Source of the DNA: Chondromyces sp.
GTDB taxonomy: Bacteria; Acidobacteriota; Thermoanaerobaculia; Thermoanaerobaculales; Sulfomarinibacteraceae
DNA: 64,000 nucleotides
Direction: 5' to 3'
NCBI GenBank assembly: GCA_035466375.1
Contig: DATIVB010000056.1
Span: forward strand, 10,075-74,074
Shown: one piece after another, positions 55,918 through 63,590 of the stretch
Layout of the letters: every line of letters starts with the position of its first letter
Numbering within the stretch: position 1 is the stretch's first letter
Translations under genes and position numbers: made by a program
Notes under the pieces: model-generated
The model's input: only the letters and a program-made list of their open reading frames with translations
Told to the model about the DNA's origin: nothing
Database searches by the model: none

Positions 55918-56825
55918 GGGTCGATCGCTCCGCCATCCTCGTCGACGAACCGCAAGGCCGAGCGAAGTTCGCGGCCGGTCAAGCGAACCGCCTCCTCCTT
56001 CACCGCGCGTGTGAGCTCCAGCACGTCGGTTGCCCGCGTGGACCTGGAGGTGCAGACCCGGTTGACGTGGTCCGCCGACAGCTGGGCGCCGCCCACCGCC
56101 AGCCCCCGGCGTCCCATGCCGGCGACCAGATCCTCGGCCCGACTCCCCGGCTCGACGATGACGAAGGGCCATGTCGAGCGCGGCTCTCGGATCGAAGCCG
56201 GCCGCGGGGTCTCGTCCGTTCCCTTCGGCGCCTTTGGCGGCGGGACGCGGGAAAGCTGCAGCCGCGCCCGCACGACCACCCCCCGGCTGAGGTCGAATCC
56301 CGATCCGGAAGCCCCGGCGTCGCCGAAGGCAACCCGCTCGACCACCCGCCCGGGCCGCGCGACATCCATCCACTTGATGAGGCCGTTGAAGGGGTGGTTT
56401 TCTCGCAGCGAGGTCTCGACTGCCCCTCCGATCGTCCCCGGAGCGGCAACCGAGGTGTCGAAGGCCGGGAGCCCGGTTCGTGCCGCGGCGCGACACACCT
56501 GTGCCAGGTTGGCACCGCCACCGGCCACCGCTCCTACGAGGTCGAGCTCCCAGAGACCCAGGGTTCCGCTGAGGTTCAGCAGTGGGACCCGCAGGCCCCG
56601 GTCGGGGGGGACGAGACGGCTGCCGGAGCCGAGAACCAGCCAACGCCGGCCATGGGTCGCGAGCAGGTCGAGAGCGCGCTGAAGCCCGTCAGCACTGCGA
56701 CATCGGATCAGCAGGTCGGCCGGACCTCCGACCCCGAGAGCGGTCCACGCGCGGAGATCGACCCGCTCGTGAACCTCCGGATCACCGCCCTGCTGCACGC
56801 TCCGCAGATCGGATTTGAGGCTCAC
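55914..56825 (-). CDS. murB: UDP-N-acetylenolpyruvoylglucosamine reductase
   Basis: GTG start at 56825. It has the FAD-binding pattern TALGVGGPADLL...WLVLGSGSRLV, a GTIGGAV motif, and a C-terminal MurB domain (GGAQLSADHVNRVCT). Confidence 0.9.
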   Translation of the reverse strand: MSLKSDLRSVQQGGDPEVHERVDLRAWTALGVGGPADLLIRCRSADGLQRALDLLATHGRRWLVLGSGSRLVPPDRGLRVPLLNLSGTLGLWELDLVGAVAGGGANLAQVCRAAARTGLPAFDTSVAAPGTIGGAVETSLRENHPFNGLIKWMDVARPGRVVERVAFGDAGASGSGFDLSRGVVVRARLQLSRVPPPKAPKGTDETPRPASIREPRSTWPFVIVEPGSRAEDLVAGMGRRGLAVGGAQLSADHVNRVCTSRSTRATDVLELTRAVKEEAVRLTGRELRSALRFVDEDGGAIDP

Positions 56826-56849
56826 GCGGCTGATCCGCCCGATTTCACG

Positions 56850-56927
56850 CTACTCCCTGGAATACTGGCACGCGCCTTGCTTATTGTCCGGGTGCCGGGC
56901 ACACGACGATCCGGTACACGACATCAT
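56850..56927 (-). CDS. Possible 25-codon ORF (MMSCTGSSCARHPDNKQGACQYSRE) behind a 16-nt polypurine SD. Speculative.
   Basis: Manual reverse-complement translation. AGGAGGAAGGAGGAGG lies immediately upstream of tandem ATGs (56927, 56924). Third-position GC is lower than in neighbouring genes. It is entirely antisense to the candidate sRNA. Confidence 0.3.
   Translation of the reverse strand: MMSCTGSSCARHPDNKQGACQYSRE
56866..56881 (+). promoter_or_regulatory. Sigma-54 (-24/-12) promoter: cTGGCACGcgccTTGCT
   Basis: It matches YTGGCACG-N4-TTGCW with the GG and GC elements at the canonical spacing. It is located in the bEBP-murB intergenic gap on the strand opposite to both genes. Confidence 0.7.
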
Positions 56928-56969
56928 ACCTCCTCCTTCCTCCTGCGGGCTTTCGGGCCCGCCTTTTTT
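56892..56969 (+). ncRNA. Candidate sigma-54-dependent small RNA (~78 nt) with a CU-rich single-stranded tract
   Basis: It is bounded by the sigma-54 promoter (predicted +1 near 56892) and an intrinsic terminator. It contains a 5' hairpin (56894-56915) and ACCUCCUCCUUCCUCCU (56928-44). There is no plausible plus-strand ORF before the terminator. Confidence 0.55.
56945..56969 (+). terminator. Rho-independent terminator (GCGGGC-UUUCGG-GCCCGC followed by C-UUUUUU)
   Basis: A 6-bp all-GC stem and 6-nt loop are followed by a T6 run. The T-run is on the plus strand only. Confidence 0.7.
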
Positions 56970-57051
56970 ATGGGGATCCGGATGGGGCGTCGTCCACGGA
57001 CCGGGAGGTTCTCGCGCACTCGACGTCGGCGACCGATTCGAAAGCTCCGCC

Positions 57052-60000
57052 TCACCCGGTGTCCTTGAGGCCGAGATTCCGGAGGTGGTAGAGCAGCGCC
57101 TGGCGAGAGATGCCGAGCTCGCGCGCGGTTGCGCTGCGGTTGCCCCCGTTGCGCTGCAGCGCGGCGCTCAGGAAGCGACGGCGGAACTCGCGCTGCGCCA
57201 CGTCCCAGGAGCCCCCGACTTCGGAGCTCGGGGCGGCGATCGGCAGGTACTCGGGGCGGACCGTCTCCCCCTGGGCCCGCACCATCGCCACCTCCACCAC
57301 CTGCCGCAGCTCGCGGACATTTCCCGGCCAGTGGTAACGGCGGAGCAGGGCCTCGGACTCGGGGCTCCAGGTCGGCCTCGGCAGCCCGTGGCGGGCGTGG
57401 GCCTCGCGTTCGAAGAGCTCCCGCAACAGCGGAATGTCCTCGGTGCGGGCGCGCAGCGGGGGGATCGGCACCGCCGGAGCCGCGATGCGGAAGTAGAGGT
57501 CGCGCCGGAAGTCGCCTTCCCGGATCTGCCGGTCCAGATCGCGGTGGGTCGCCGACACGAACCGCACGTCGACCTCCCTGCTGACGTGGGTACCGACCGC
57601 TCGCACCTCGCGAGACTCGATGAAGCGCAGGAGCTTGACCTGGAGCGCGGGCTCCAGGTCGCCGATCTCGTCGAGAAACAGGGTGCCTCCGTCGGCTGCG
57701 ATCGCGAGACCGCGCCGCGACCGGTCGGCGCCCGTGTAGGCCCCTTTCACCGAACCGAAGAGCTCCGCCTCGAGCAGGGTCGCGGGAATCGCCGCGACGT
57801 TGACCGCGATGAAGGCGCCCTTTCTCCGCGAAAGCGTGTGCAGCGCCCGCGCCGCAACCTCCTTGCCGACCCCAGTCTCTCCCAACAGAAGCACGGGCAG
57901 GTGGGTTGGCCCGAGCTCGCGCAGCTCGCGCCGAAGCGCGCGCGCCGCATCGGACACACCGAAGAAACCGGTCTCGTCGGCGCCGCTGTCCGCCGTCTCC
58001 GGCCGCCTCGGCAGCACGAGATCGAGCACGCCGAGCAGGAGGCGCCCTGAGGGGCCCTCGTCCAGAATGCCCCCGAGCGGCACGGCTACCAGTCGTCCGT
58101 GGCGCACCTCACCGCCGGGCGCGCCGTGTCCGTGCCGCCAGACCGGGGTCCCGTCGACGGCATCCCGGATCTCCAACCCGGTAACTCCGAGACTCGCCTC
58201 GAGCCTTTCGACGTCCTGCGGATCGAGGGTCTCGAGGCCGCGCGCCTCGACGACCCGGGCGAGGACGGAGACCACGGCGCCGGCCCGCTCCCCGAGGCCG
58301 CTCAGGGACTCCGCCCAGCCCTCGAGACCCGAGCGGCGAAGCAGCGCCGTGAGACGCGACCGAAGCTCCGCGGACACCGGGAATCTCTCCCCCCGCACGC
58401 GTTCACCGAGCGCGAGCGCGAAACCGTCTCCGAGGCGGTCCGCCCGGAGGCCGAGCATCGCCGCCTTCGTTGCCTCGGGCCCGGAACCGCGTACGAGCTC
58501 CGCCGCGAGCGACACGCCCCACGCATCCGGTTCGGCCGACTCTACGGGCTCACCGGCGACGGCTGTTGCGAGGGCCCTCCAGCTCTCGCCCTCCTGCCCC
58601 GCACGCGCCAGCAGGCTTCTCGCGCGCCGCGGCTCGCCGTCGAGGAGGGCGCGGGCACCGCGCAGCAATGCGAGGCCCTCCGCGAAACGCGGGTCTTCGG
58701 CGTCGATCTCGTGCTCGAAATCCTCCAGGCGTCGACGGAACAGGGGCTCGTCGCCGGTCGCGAGAGCAAGCCGCGCGCATTCCCCGAGCACGAACGGCTC
58801 CCGGGGCTCGTCGGCCGCCAGGTCGCCCAGGCGCTCGGAGGCCCGAGGCACCCGCAGCTGGTCCACGTCGGCGACCGCGAGGTTGAAGAGCGGCAGCGAG
58901 GTTCGATGGCGAAAACCGGCCGCGCGCAGCAGGTGGAACGCACGCAGGTGGTGGCCTTCCGCCTCCCGGCTCCGCCCTTCGCTCAGCGCCACCGCCCCGA
59001 GGTCGAGCTCGACCATGCCCCGCAGTCCGGGGCCGACAACGTCCCGCGCGACCACCTCGAGGAGGCGCCGCGCCGTGCGCGGCTTGCCGCAGTCGAGATG
59101 CCAGAGCGCCCGGCGGTGCGCGAGCTGGGCGCGGAGGCCGGGGTGTCCGGCCGTGGCAAGGTGCCGCCAGGCGGGGTCGTCGAGCCGTTCGGGCGTGAGG
59201 CGGTAGGCGAGCTCGATTTCGAGACGGCGGGGCAGCAGCTCCTCGAGGCGGCGACGGCAGCTGTCGATCATCGCAGCCGCCTCGGAGGCAGCCGAGCGCT
59301 GCGAGCGACCGATGTCGTCGAGCACCAGAGCGGCCGTCTCCGCCGCCGCCCGCGGGTTCTCCGCCGCATCGCGGGGCCCCGGCAGGCGCCGTGGCACGGC
59401 GGGTTTCGGATCGAGGGCTTCGCACCACAGCTCGGCGGCCACCCGACTCTTTTCAGACAGTGGCGCCAGGGCGGAGCGTGCGCCGAAAAGATCCAGTACG
59501 GCAAGACAGGCCTCCGCCAGCAGCAGCTGCACGGCTTCGCCGAGAGCGCCGCTGGCGACCATCGACAACAGCTCGCGCACCGGAATCGCTTCGAGGCGGT
59601 CCAATCCCGACCTCGCCCAGGCCTCGAGCTCCGCGGTGTCGCCGTTGCCGAGGGCGGTGTGCAGGAGGTGCAGCGGATCATCGGGCGGATAGAGCCCGGC
59701 CACCTTCAGGTGCCGCGGGTCGGTCTCGAGGGGCACCGGCTCGGGCAGGCGCCAGCGCGGTCCGGCCTCCACCACAGCCGACCTCCGCCGCTCGACCTCG
59801 AGCTGAGCGGGAGCCAATCCGCCCTGCAGCGCGATGAAACCCGGAGGCAGTCCGTCGGGCGACAGCGCTAACCAGCTCGTCAGCGCGCTGCCGGTGAGGC
59901 CGCGACCCGCCGTGCTGCGGCCGGAACGGCGCGGCGCCAGGGCGCCGCGGAGACTCTCGGTCAGGGCCATCCGGTCGGAATCCTCGAACGGTGCGAAGCG

Positions 60001-60957
60001 GTCCTGTCGCCCCTCGACGAATCTCCGCGCGACATCGGGCGGCAACCCGGCCACCGCGAGATGCCCGGTCAGAGACCCGCGGCCCCTCGGCGGTGGCTCC
60101 GCCCGCCAACCACGCGGGAAAAGGCCGATCCCGACGGCGCTGCAACCGCTGCGGGCGGCCCACCGCGCCATCGAGTTGAGCTCCCCGTTCGACAGCCGGC
60201 CGACGATGATCACCGTGCCGTCGCCACGGACTGCCGGAACCGGCGGCGGGCCCGACGCGCCGTCCTCGGCCGGCCACACCCAGGCCCGCCCGCCGCGCCT
60301 GCGGAGCTCGCACCACAACGCCGCCCCCAGGCGCCGTGCAGCCGTCGGCACGGGCACCCGCCACAGCGCGATCAAGCCCTCCTCCGGCGGTGGCAACGGG
60401 TTCCATCTCAGCGCCCACAGCGCCCGGGCGGTTTCGTGGTCGAGCGGCTGGTGCAGCTCCCGGAGCTGGCGCGCAATCAGCGTATCGAAGGACGACAGGC
60501 CCGGGCCCGGCCGTTCGACCTCGAGCTCGGACGTGGAAAGGCCGACAGCGTCGCCGATCCGTCCCATCACCGCCGACCACGCCGCCTCCGTTGCGGCCTC
60601 GCCGCCGCCGAGACGGTCGACCAGTTGCGACAGCGGCAGAGGATAGCGCGCGAAGACCGGACGGATGCCGTCGGGCGTGCGGAACAGGCAATCTCCCGAG
60701 AATGCGGATCGAGGCAGCCAGAGGTCGAACTCGGCGAGCAGCGCGGCGGCCGCGGTCATCCGGGCCGCGGCGCGGTAGCGCTCGCGCTTCGGCAGCGAGG
60801 CCGGGCGCACCGCCGACGACAGCTCCCCCGCCCCCTCGCGAACGGCCCCCGTAATCTCCGGCTCGGGGAGCGTCGGGTGCTCGACGAGCAGTGCCGCCGG
60901 GTGCGGGATCCGCACGCCTGCCCCTACGCCGGCGGGAGCTCCGTGAGCCGGGCCCAC
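57052..60957 (-). CDS. Sigma-54-dependent transcriptional activator (bEBP, Fis-type HTH) with a very large (~850 aa) unrecognised N-terminal region
   Basis: The C-terminal AAA+ sigma-54 interaction domain reads VLLLGETGVGKEVAARALH, EAELFGSVKGAYTGA, TLFLDEIGDL, VRFVSATHRDL and WPGNVRELRQVV. The Fis-type HTH is GGNRSATARELGISRQALLYHLR. The start is uncertain: the ORF maximum overlaps the aroA end, and the GTG at 60915 or ATG at 60759 are possible. Confidence 0.85.
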   Translation of the reverse strand: MGPAHGAPAGVGAGVRIPHPAALLVEHPTLPEPEITGAVREGAGELSSAVRPASLPKRERYRAAARMTAAAALLAEFDLWLPRSAFSGDCLFRTPDGIRPVFARYPLPLSQLVDRLGGGEAATEAAWSAVMGRIGDAVGLSTSELEVERPGPGLSSFDTLIARQLRELHQPLDHETARALWALRWNPLPPPEEGLIALWRVPVPTAARRLGAALWCELRRRGGRAWVWPAEDGASGPPPVPAVRGDGTVIIVGRLSNGELNSMARWAARSGCSAVGIGLFPRGWRAEPPPRGRGSLTGHLAVAGLPPDVARRFVEGRQDRFAPFEDSDRMALTESLRGALAPRRSGRSTAGRGLTGSALTSWLALSPDGLPPGFIALQGGLAPAQLEVERRRSAVVEAGPRWRLPEPVPLETDPRHLKVAGLYPPDDPLHLLHTALGNGDTAELEAWARSGLDRLEAIPVRELLSMVASGALGEAVQLLLAEACLAVLDLFGARSALAPLSEKSRVAAELWCEALDPKPAVPRRLPGPRDAAENPRAAAETAALVLDDIGRSQRSAASEAAAMIDSCRRRLEELLPRRLEIELAYRLTPERLDDPAWRHLATAGHPGLRAQLAHRRALWHLDCGKPRTARRLLEVVARDVVGPGLRGMVELDLGAVALSEGRSREAEGHHLRAFHLLRAAGFRHRTSLPLFNLAVADVDQLRVPRASERLGDLAADEPREPFVLGECARLALATGDEPLFRRRLEDFEHEIDAEDPRFAEGLALLRGARALLDGEPRRARSLLARAGQEGESWRALATAVAGEPVESAEPDAWGVSLAAELVRGSGPEATKAAMLGLRADRLGDGFALALGERVRGERFPVSAELRSRLTALLRRSGLEGWAESLSGLGERAGAVVSVLARVVEARGLETLDPQDVERLEASLGVTGLEIRDAVDGTPVWRHGHGAPGGEVRHGRLVAVPLGGILDEGPSGRLLLGVLDLVLPRRPETADSGADETGFFGVSDAARALRRELRELGPTHLPVLLLGETGVGKEVAARALHTLSRRKGAFIAVNVAAIPATLLEAELFGSVKGAYTGADRSRRGLAIAADGGTLFLDEIGDLEPALQVKLLRFIESREVRAVGTHVSREVDVRFVSATHRDLDRQIREGDFRRDLYFRIAAPAVPIPPLRARTEDIPLLRELFEREAHARHGLPRPTWSPESEALLRRYHWPGNVRELRQVVEVAMVRAQGETVRPEYLPIAAPSSEVGGSWDVAQREFRRRFLSAALQRNGGNRSATARELGISRQALLYHLRNLGLKDTG

Positions 60958-62198
60958 ATGTCCCAGAAATCGGGGAAGGACTTGCCGACGCAGCTGCCGT
61001 CGTCGAGCGCGAGCGTGCCGCCTCCGAGCGCCGCGACCGCCATCGCCATCGCGATGCGGTGGTCACCGGCCGCGACCACCGGGCGCGGCGGCCCGGCGAT
61101 GCGCTCAAGACTGGAGACCACCACCAGGGTGGAATTCGTCACCCCGAGTTCGGCGCCCAACCGACCCAGGTTCTCGACCATCGTCCGCAGGCGGTCGCTC
61201 TCCTTGTAGGCGAGGTGTTCGAGGCCGCTCATCCTCGAGCCCGGCGGCACGCACGCGGCGACGGCTGCAAGCGCCGGAAAGAGGTCGGGCGTGTGACCAA
61301 GATCGGCCACGATCGGGCGCGTCAGAGGTCCGTGGGCCACGAGCCGGTCGCCCTCCCAGCCGAGGTCGAGCCCCGCCCCGCCGAGAATCTCGACGATCGC
61401 GCGGTCTCCCTGGCGGCTCGCGCGATGGAGCGGACCGACGGCGATGCGGCCCCCGGCGACGGCGACCGCCGCGAGCGCGAAGGCGGCGGCCGACCAGTCG
61501 CCCTCGACCGTGACTGCGGCCGGGCGCAGCGAGCCAGGCGGCACCGTCCAATGCCGCCGGTCCGCGCTCGCGAGGACCCCGCTGCCGAATGCTCGCAGCA
61601 CGTCCTCGGTCAGGTCGAGGTAGGGCGCCGACGGCAGAGGGCCCTCCACCACGAGATCGAGGCCCCTCCGCATCAAGGGCGCGGCGAGCAGCAGCGACGA
61701 CACGAACTGCGAGGAGGACTCAGGCCGCAGGGTGAGGGCGCCCCCCTCGAGCTCGGCACCTTCCACGGTAACCGGCAGGCGACCGCCGGTGCTCCTGATC
61801 CGGGCCCCGAGGGACGCCAGGGCATCACAGAGAGGCGACATCGGACGCTCGCGGAGGCGGGCGCTTCCGGTGATCGTCGCGCCCCCGGGCATGACGCACA
61901 GAAGGCCGAGAAGCAGCCGCGCTCCGGTTCCCGAGTCCGCCAGGTCGAGAACCGGAGGCTCGTCGGGGATCGTGCGCCCGCCCACCTCGACCGCCGAACC
62001 CCACTCGAGGTGCCAGCCCGCGGTGCGGAGCGCCTCCGCGAGGACCCGGGTGTCGTGGCAGTCCAGCGGCCGCTCGATGCGGCCGCCGCCGGAAGCCGCG
62101 GCCGCGATCAGGGCACGGTTGGTGATGCTCTTCGAGGTCGGCACCTCGACGTCTGCCGCGAGGCCCGACAGCGGCCCGGGCAGCACTCGGGGCTTCAC
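60924..62198 (-). CDS. aroA: 3-phosphoshikimate 1-carboxyvinyltransferase (EPSP synthase)
   Basis: The GTG at 62198 forms a GTGA overlap with the upstream stop. Motifs are VPTSKSITNRALIAAA, DCHDTRVLAEAL, GNSG-like DSGTGARLLLG and KESDRL. Confidence 0.93.
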   Translation of the reverse strand: MKPRVLPGPLSGLAADVEVPTSKSITNRALIAAAASGGGRIERPLDCHDTRVLAEALRTAGWHLEWGSAVEVGGRTIPDEPPVLDLADSGTGARLLLGLLCVMPGGATITGSARLRERPMSPLCDALASLGARIRSTGGRLPVTVEGAELEGGALTLRPESSSQFVSSLLLAAPLMRRGLDLVVEGPLPSAPYLDLTEDVLRAFGSGVLASADRRHWTVPPGSLRPAAVTVEGDWSAAAFALAAVAVAGGRIAVGPLHRASRQGDRAIVEILGGAGLDLGWEGDRLVAHGPLTRPIVADLGHTPDLFPALAAVAACVPPGSRMSGLEHLAYKESDRLRTMVENLGRLGAELGVTNSTLVVVSSLERIAGPPRPVVAAGDHRIAMAMAVAALGGGTLALDDGSCVGKSFPDFWDMWARLTELPPA

Positions 62199-62977
62199 GG
62201 CCCGGCCCCGACCGGTTCCAGCGGTACGTGGCCGTCGATCTCGAGCGGCAGTGGTTCGAATTCCGTGCCGACCAGGTTCATCTCCCCCGCCGCACCAACG
62301 ACCAGGCTGGTCCGGGTCTCGAGCCACGCCGGCATCACCAGGGCCATGCGCTCGCCGCGCCTGCACATCCACGGCGAGTGGAAGTGACCCCACAGCAGCA
62401 CGTCCACCCCGTCCGCCCAGGCCCTTTCGGCGCTGCGCTCGAGGTCCTGAACCGGCTTCATGGATCGGAAGCGTTGGTTCGTCTTGGCCAGATGACTCTC
62501 CATGTGGCGGACGATGGCCACCGCCAGGCCGCGCGGTAAGAGCCTGGCCCACAGGCGGGCGACGCCGGACTTCGAGACCGTCGACCAGAATCGGTACGCC
62601 AGGTCCCTGCGGTTGACGAGATCGCCGTGGACCAGCAGAAAGTGCCTGCCGCCGGAAGAAAAGCTCCTGCTGCGTCCGCTCCAGTCGAGCTCGGCTGCGA
62701 GCTCGGGCTCGTCGAGGAAGAAGTCGCGGTTGCCCTCCACCACGCCGATCTGAACGCCCTGCGTCCGCAGCTCCCGCCACACGACCAGCACCTCATACAC
62801 CGACGAGGTCCAGAACTTCGACATGCCGATCAGGTACTGGAAGGCGTCGCCGAGGTAGATGATCTCGCCGATGCCGCGCCGGGCGGCGAGCCGGAGATGG
62901 GCGTTCATGGCGGCCGCGTCGTCGTCCCCTTGGCCGACGTGCGAGTCTGCGATGATGAGACGTTGCACGCCGGCCAT
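62195..62977 (-). CDS. Calcineurin-like metallophosphoesterase (LpxH-like UDP-2,3-diacylglucosamine hydrolase family)
   Basis: ATG at 62977 (MAGVQRLIIADSHVG). Motifs are YLGDAFQYL, VEGNRDFF, LVHGDL and WGHFH. The upstream part of the 306-aa ORF lies in repeat sequence. Confidence 0.75.
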   Translation of the reverse strand: MAGVQRLIIADSHVGQGDDDAAAMNAHLRLAARRGIGEIIYLGDAFQYLIGMSKFWTSSVYEVLVVWRELRTQGVQIGVVEGNRDFFLDEPELAAELDWSGRSRSFSSGGRHFLLVHGDLVNRRDLAYRFWSTVSKSGVARLWARLLPRGLAVAIVRHMESHLAKTNQRFRSMKPVQDLERSAERAWADGVDVLLWGHFHSPWMCRRGERMALVMPAWLETRTSLVVGAAGEMNLVGTEFEPLPLEIDGHVPLEPVGAGP

Positions 62978-62992
62978 GGTAGCGCACGCCAG

Positions 62993-63219
62993 AACGTCGT
63001 GACACGTTCGAACGTTCAAACGTTGCACGTTCCGCCCACCCACCCAAAACCACAGAGGCACAGAGGGCACAGAGGGAACACAGAGCCGCCCACCCACCCA
63101 GAACCACGAAGACACCAGGTCACGAAGAAATCACGAAGGCCGCCCGCCCGCCCCAAAACGCAAAGGCGCAGAGGCGCAAAGCCCGACCAGCCCTCCACCC
63201 ACGCAAAGACGCTGCAGCG
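62993..63219. repeat. Left arm of a large modular inverted-repeat element. It has four to five blocks of 7-8-bp tandem repeats (ACGTTC-, CACAGAGG-, CACGAAG-, GCGCAAAG/GCGCAGAG-type) separated by C-tracts (CCGCCCACCCACCC and similar).
   Basis: Read directly. The C-tracts are at 63032-63045, 63086-63099, 63140-63154 and 63182-63200. The blocks are imperfect reverse complements, in mirrored order, of those at 63591-63849. Confidence 0.85.
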
Positions 63220-63590
63220 AGCCACGAGAGTTCAGCGGTGTGACGAGGTTTCCGGCCGTCGGACGGCCGGAAACCGCCGGGACGGGACTCCGTGTCGAAC
63301 CCGAGCGTTCGCCCCGGAGTCCCGCCCAGACGGCCCGCGCTCTCGAAGAGCGCAGGCCTCGCCAGTTGTCATCTTCAATCACGAGGATGGAGATGGGACC
63401 TTCTCTACCATTGACAGTGGGAAGGGCGAGAGGCAGAACCGCCGTGCCCCGGGCCCGGCGGCCGGTGAGAAGCGCGGCGACGACGAACGCTCGCGTTCGG
63501 AGCTCGCCGCGCTTATCACCGGCGGCAGGCGATCCGATCGCCTGCCGTTCTGCCGCCACACTGCGGAAGAGCGCCCCTCCCGGCACCAGT
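63220..63590. other. Hairpin-rich core between the two arms (possible structured RNA or DNA element)
   Basis: There is a perfect 12-bp stem GGTTTCCGGCCG/CGGCCGGAAACC (63247-63275). A 9-bp stem GGGACTCCG/CGGAGTCCC has a nested GAAC/GTTC stem (63284-63323). Further stems are GCGCTC/GAGCGC (63337-63353), CGAACGC/GCGTTCG (63484-63499) and the 11-bp GGCAGGCGATC/GATCGCCTGCC (63524-63546). Confidence 0.5.

Noticed and set aside
54034-56682. 882-aa plus-strand ORF, and the 631-aa and 659-aa minus-frame alternatives, across the trmJ-like / TPR / murB region
   Set aside because: These are shadow frames. Only the SpoU-type (plus), TPR (minus, from the GTG at 55917) and murB (minus) readings show real motifs and sensible stop/start coupling.
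56815-58050. 411-aa plus-strand ORF starting in the bEBP-murB spacer and running antisense into the bEBP gene
   Set aside because: It would read straight through the plus-strand intrinsic terminator at 56945-56969 and is antisense to the well-supported AAA+ domain. The translation is low-complexity.
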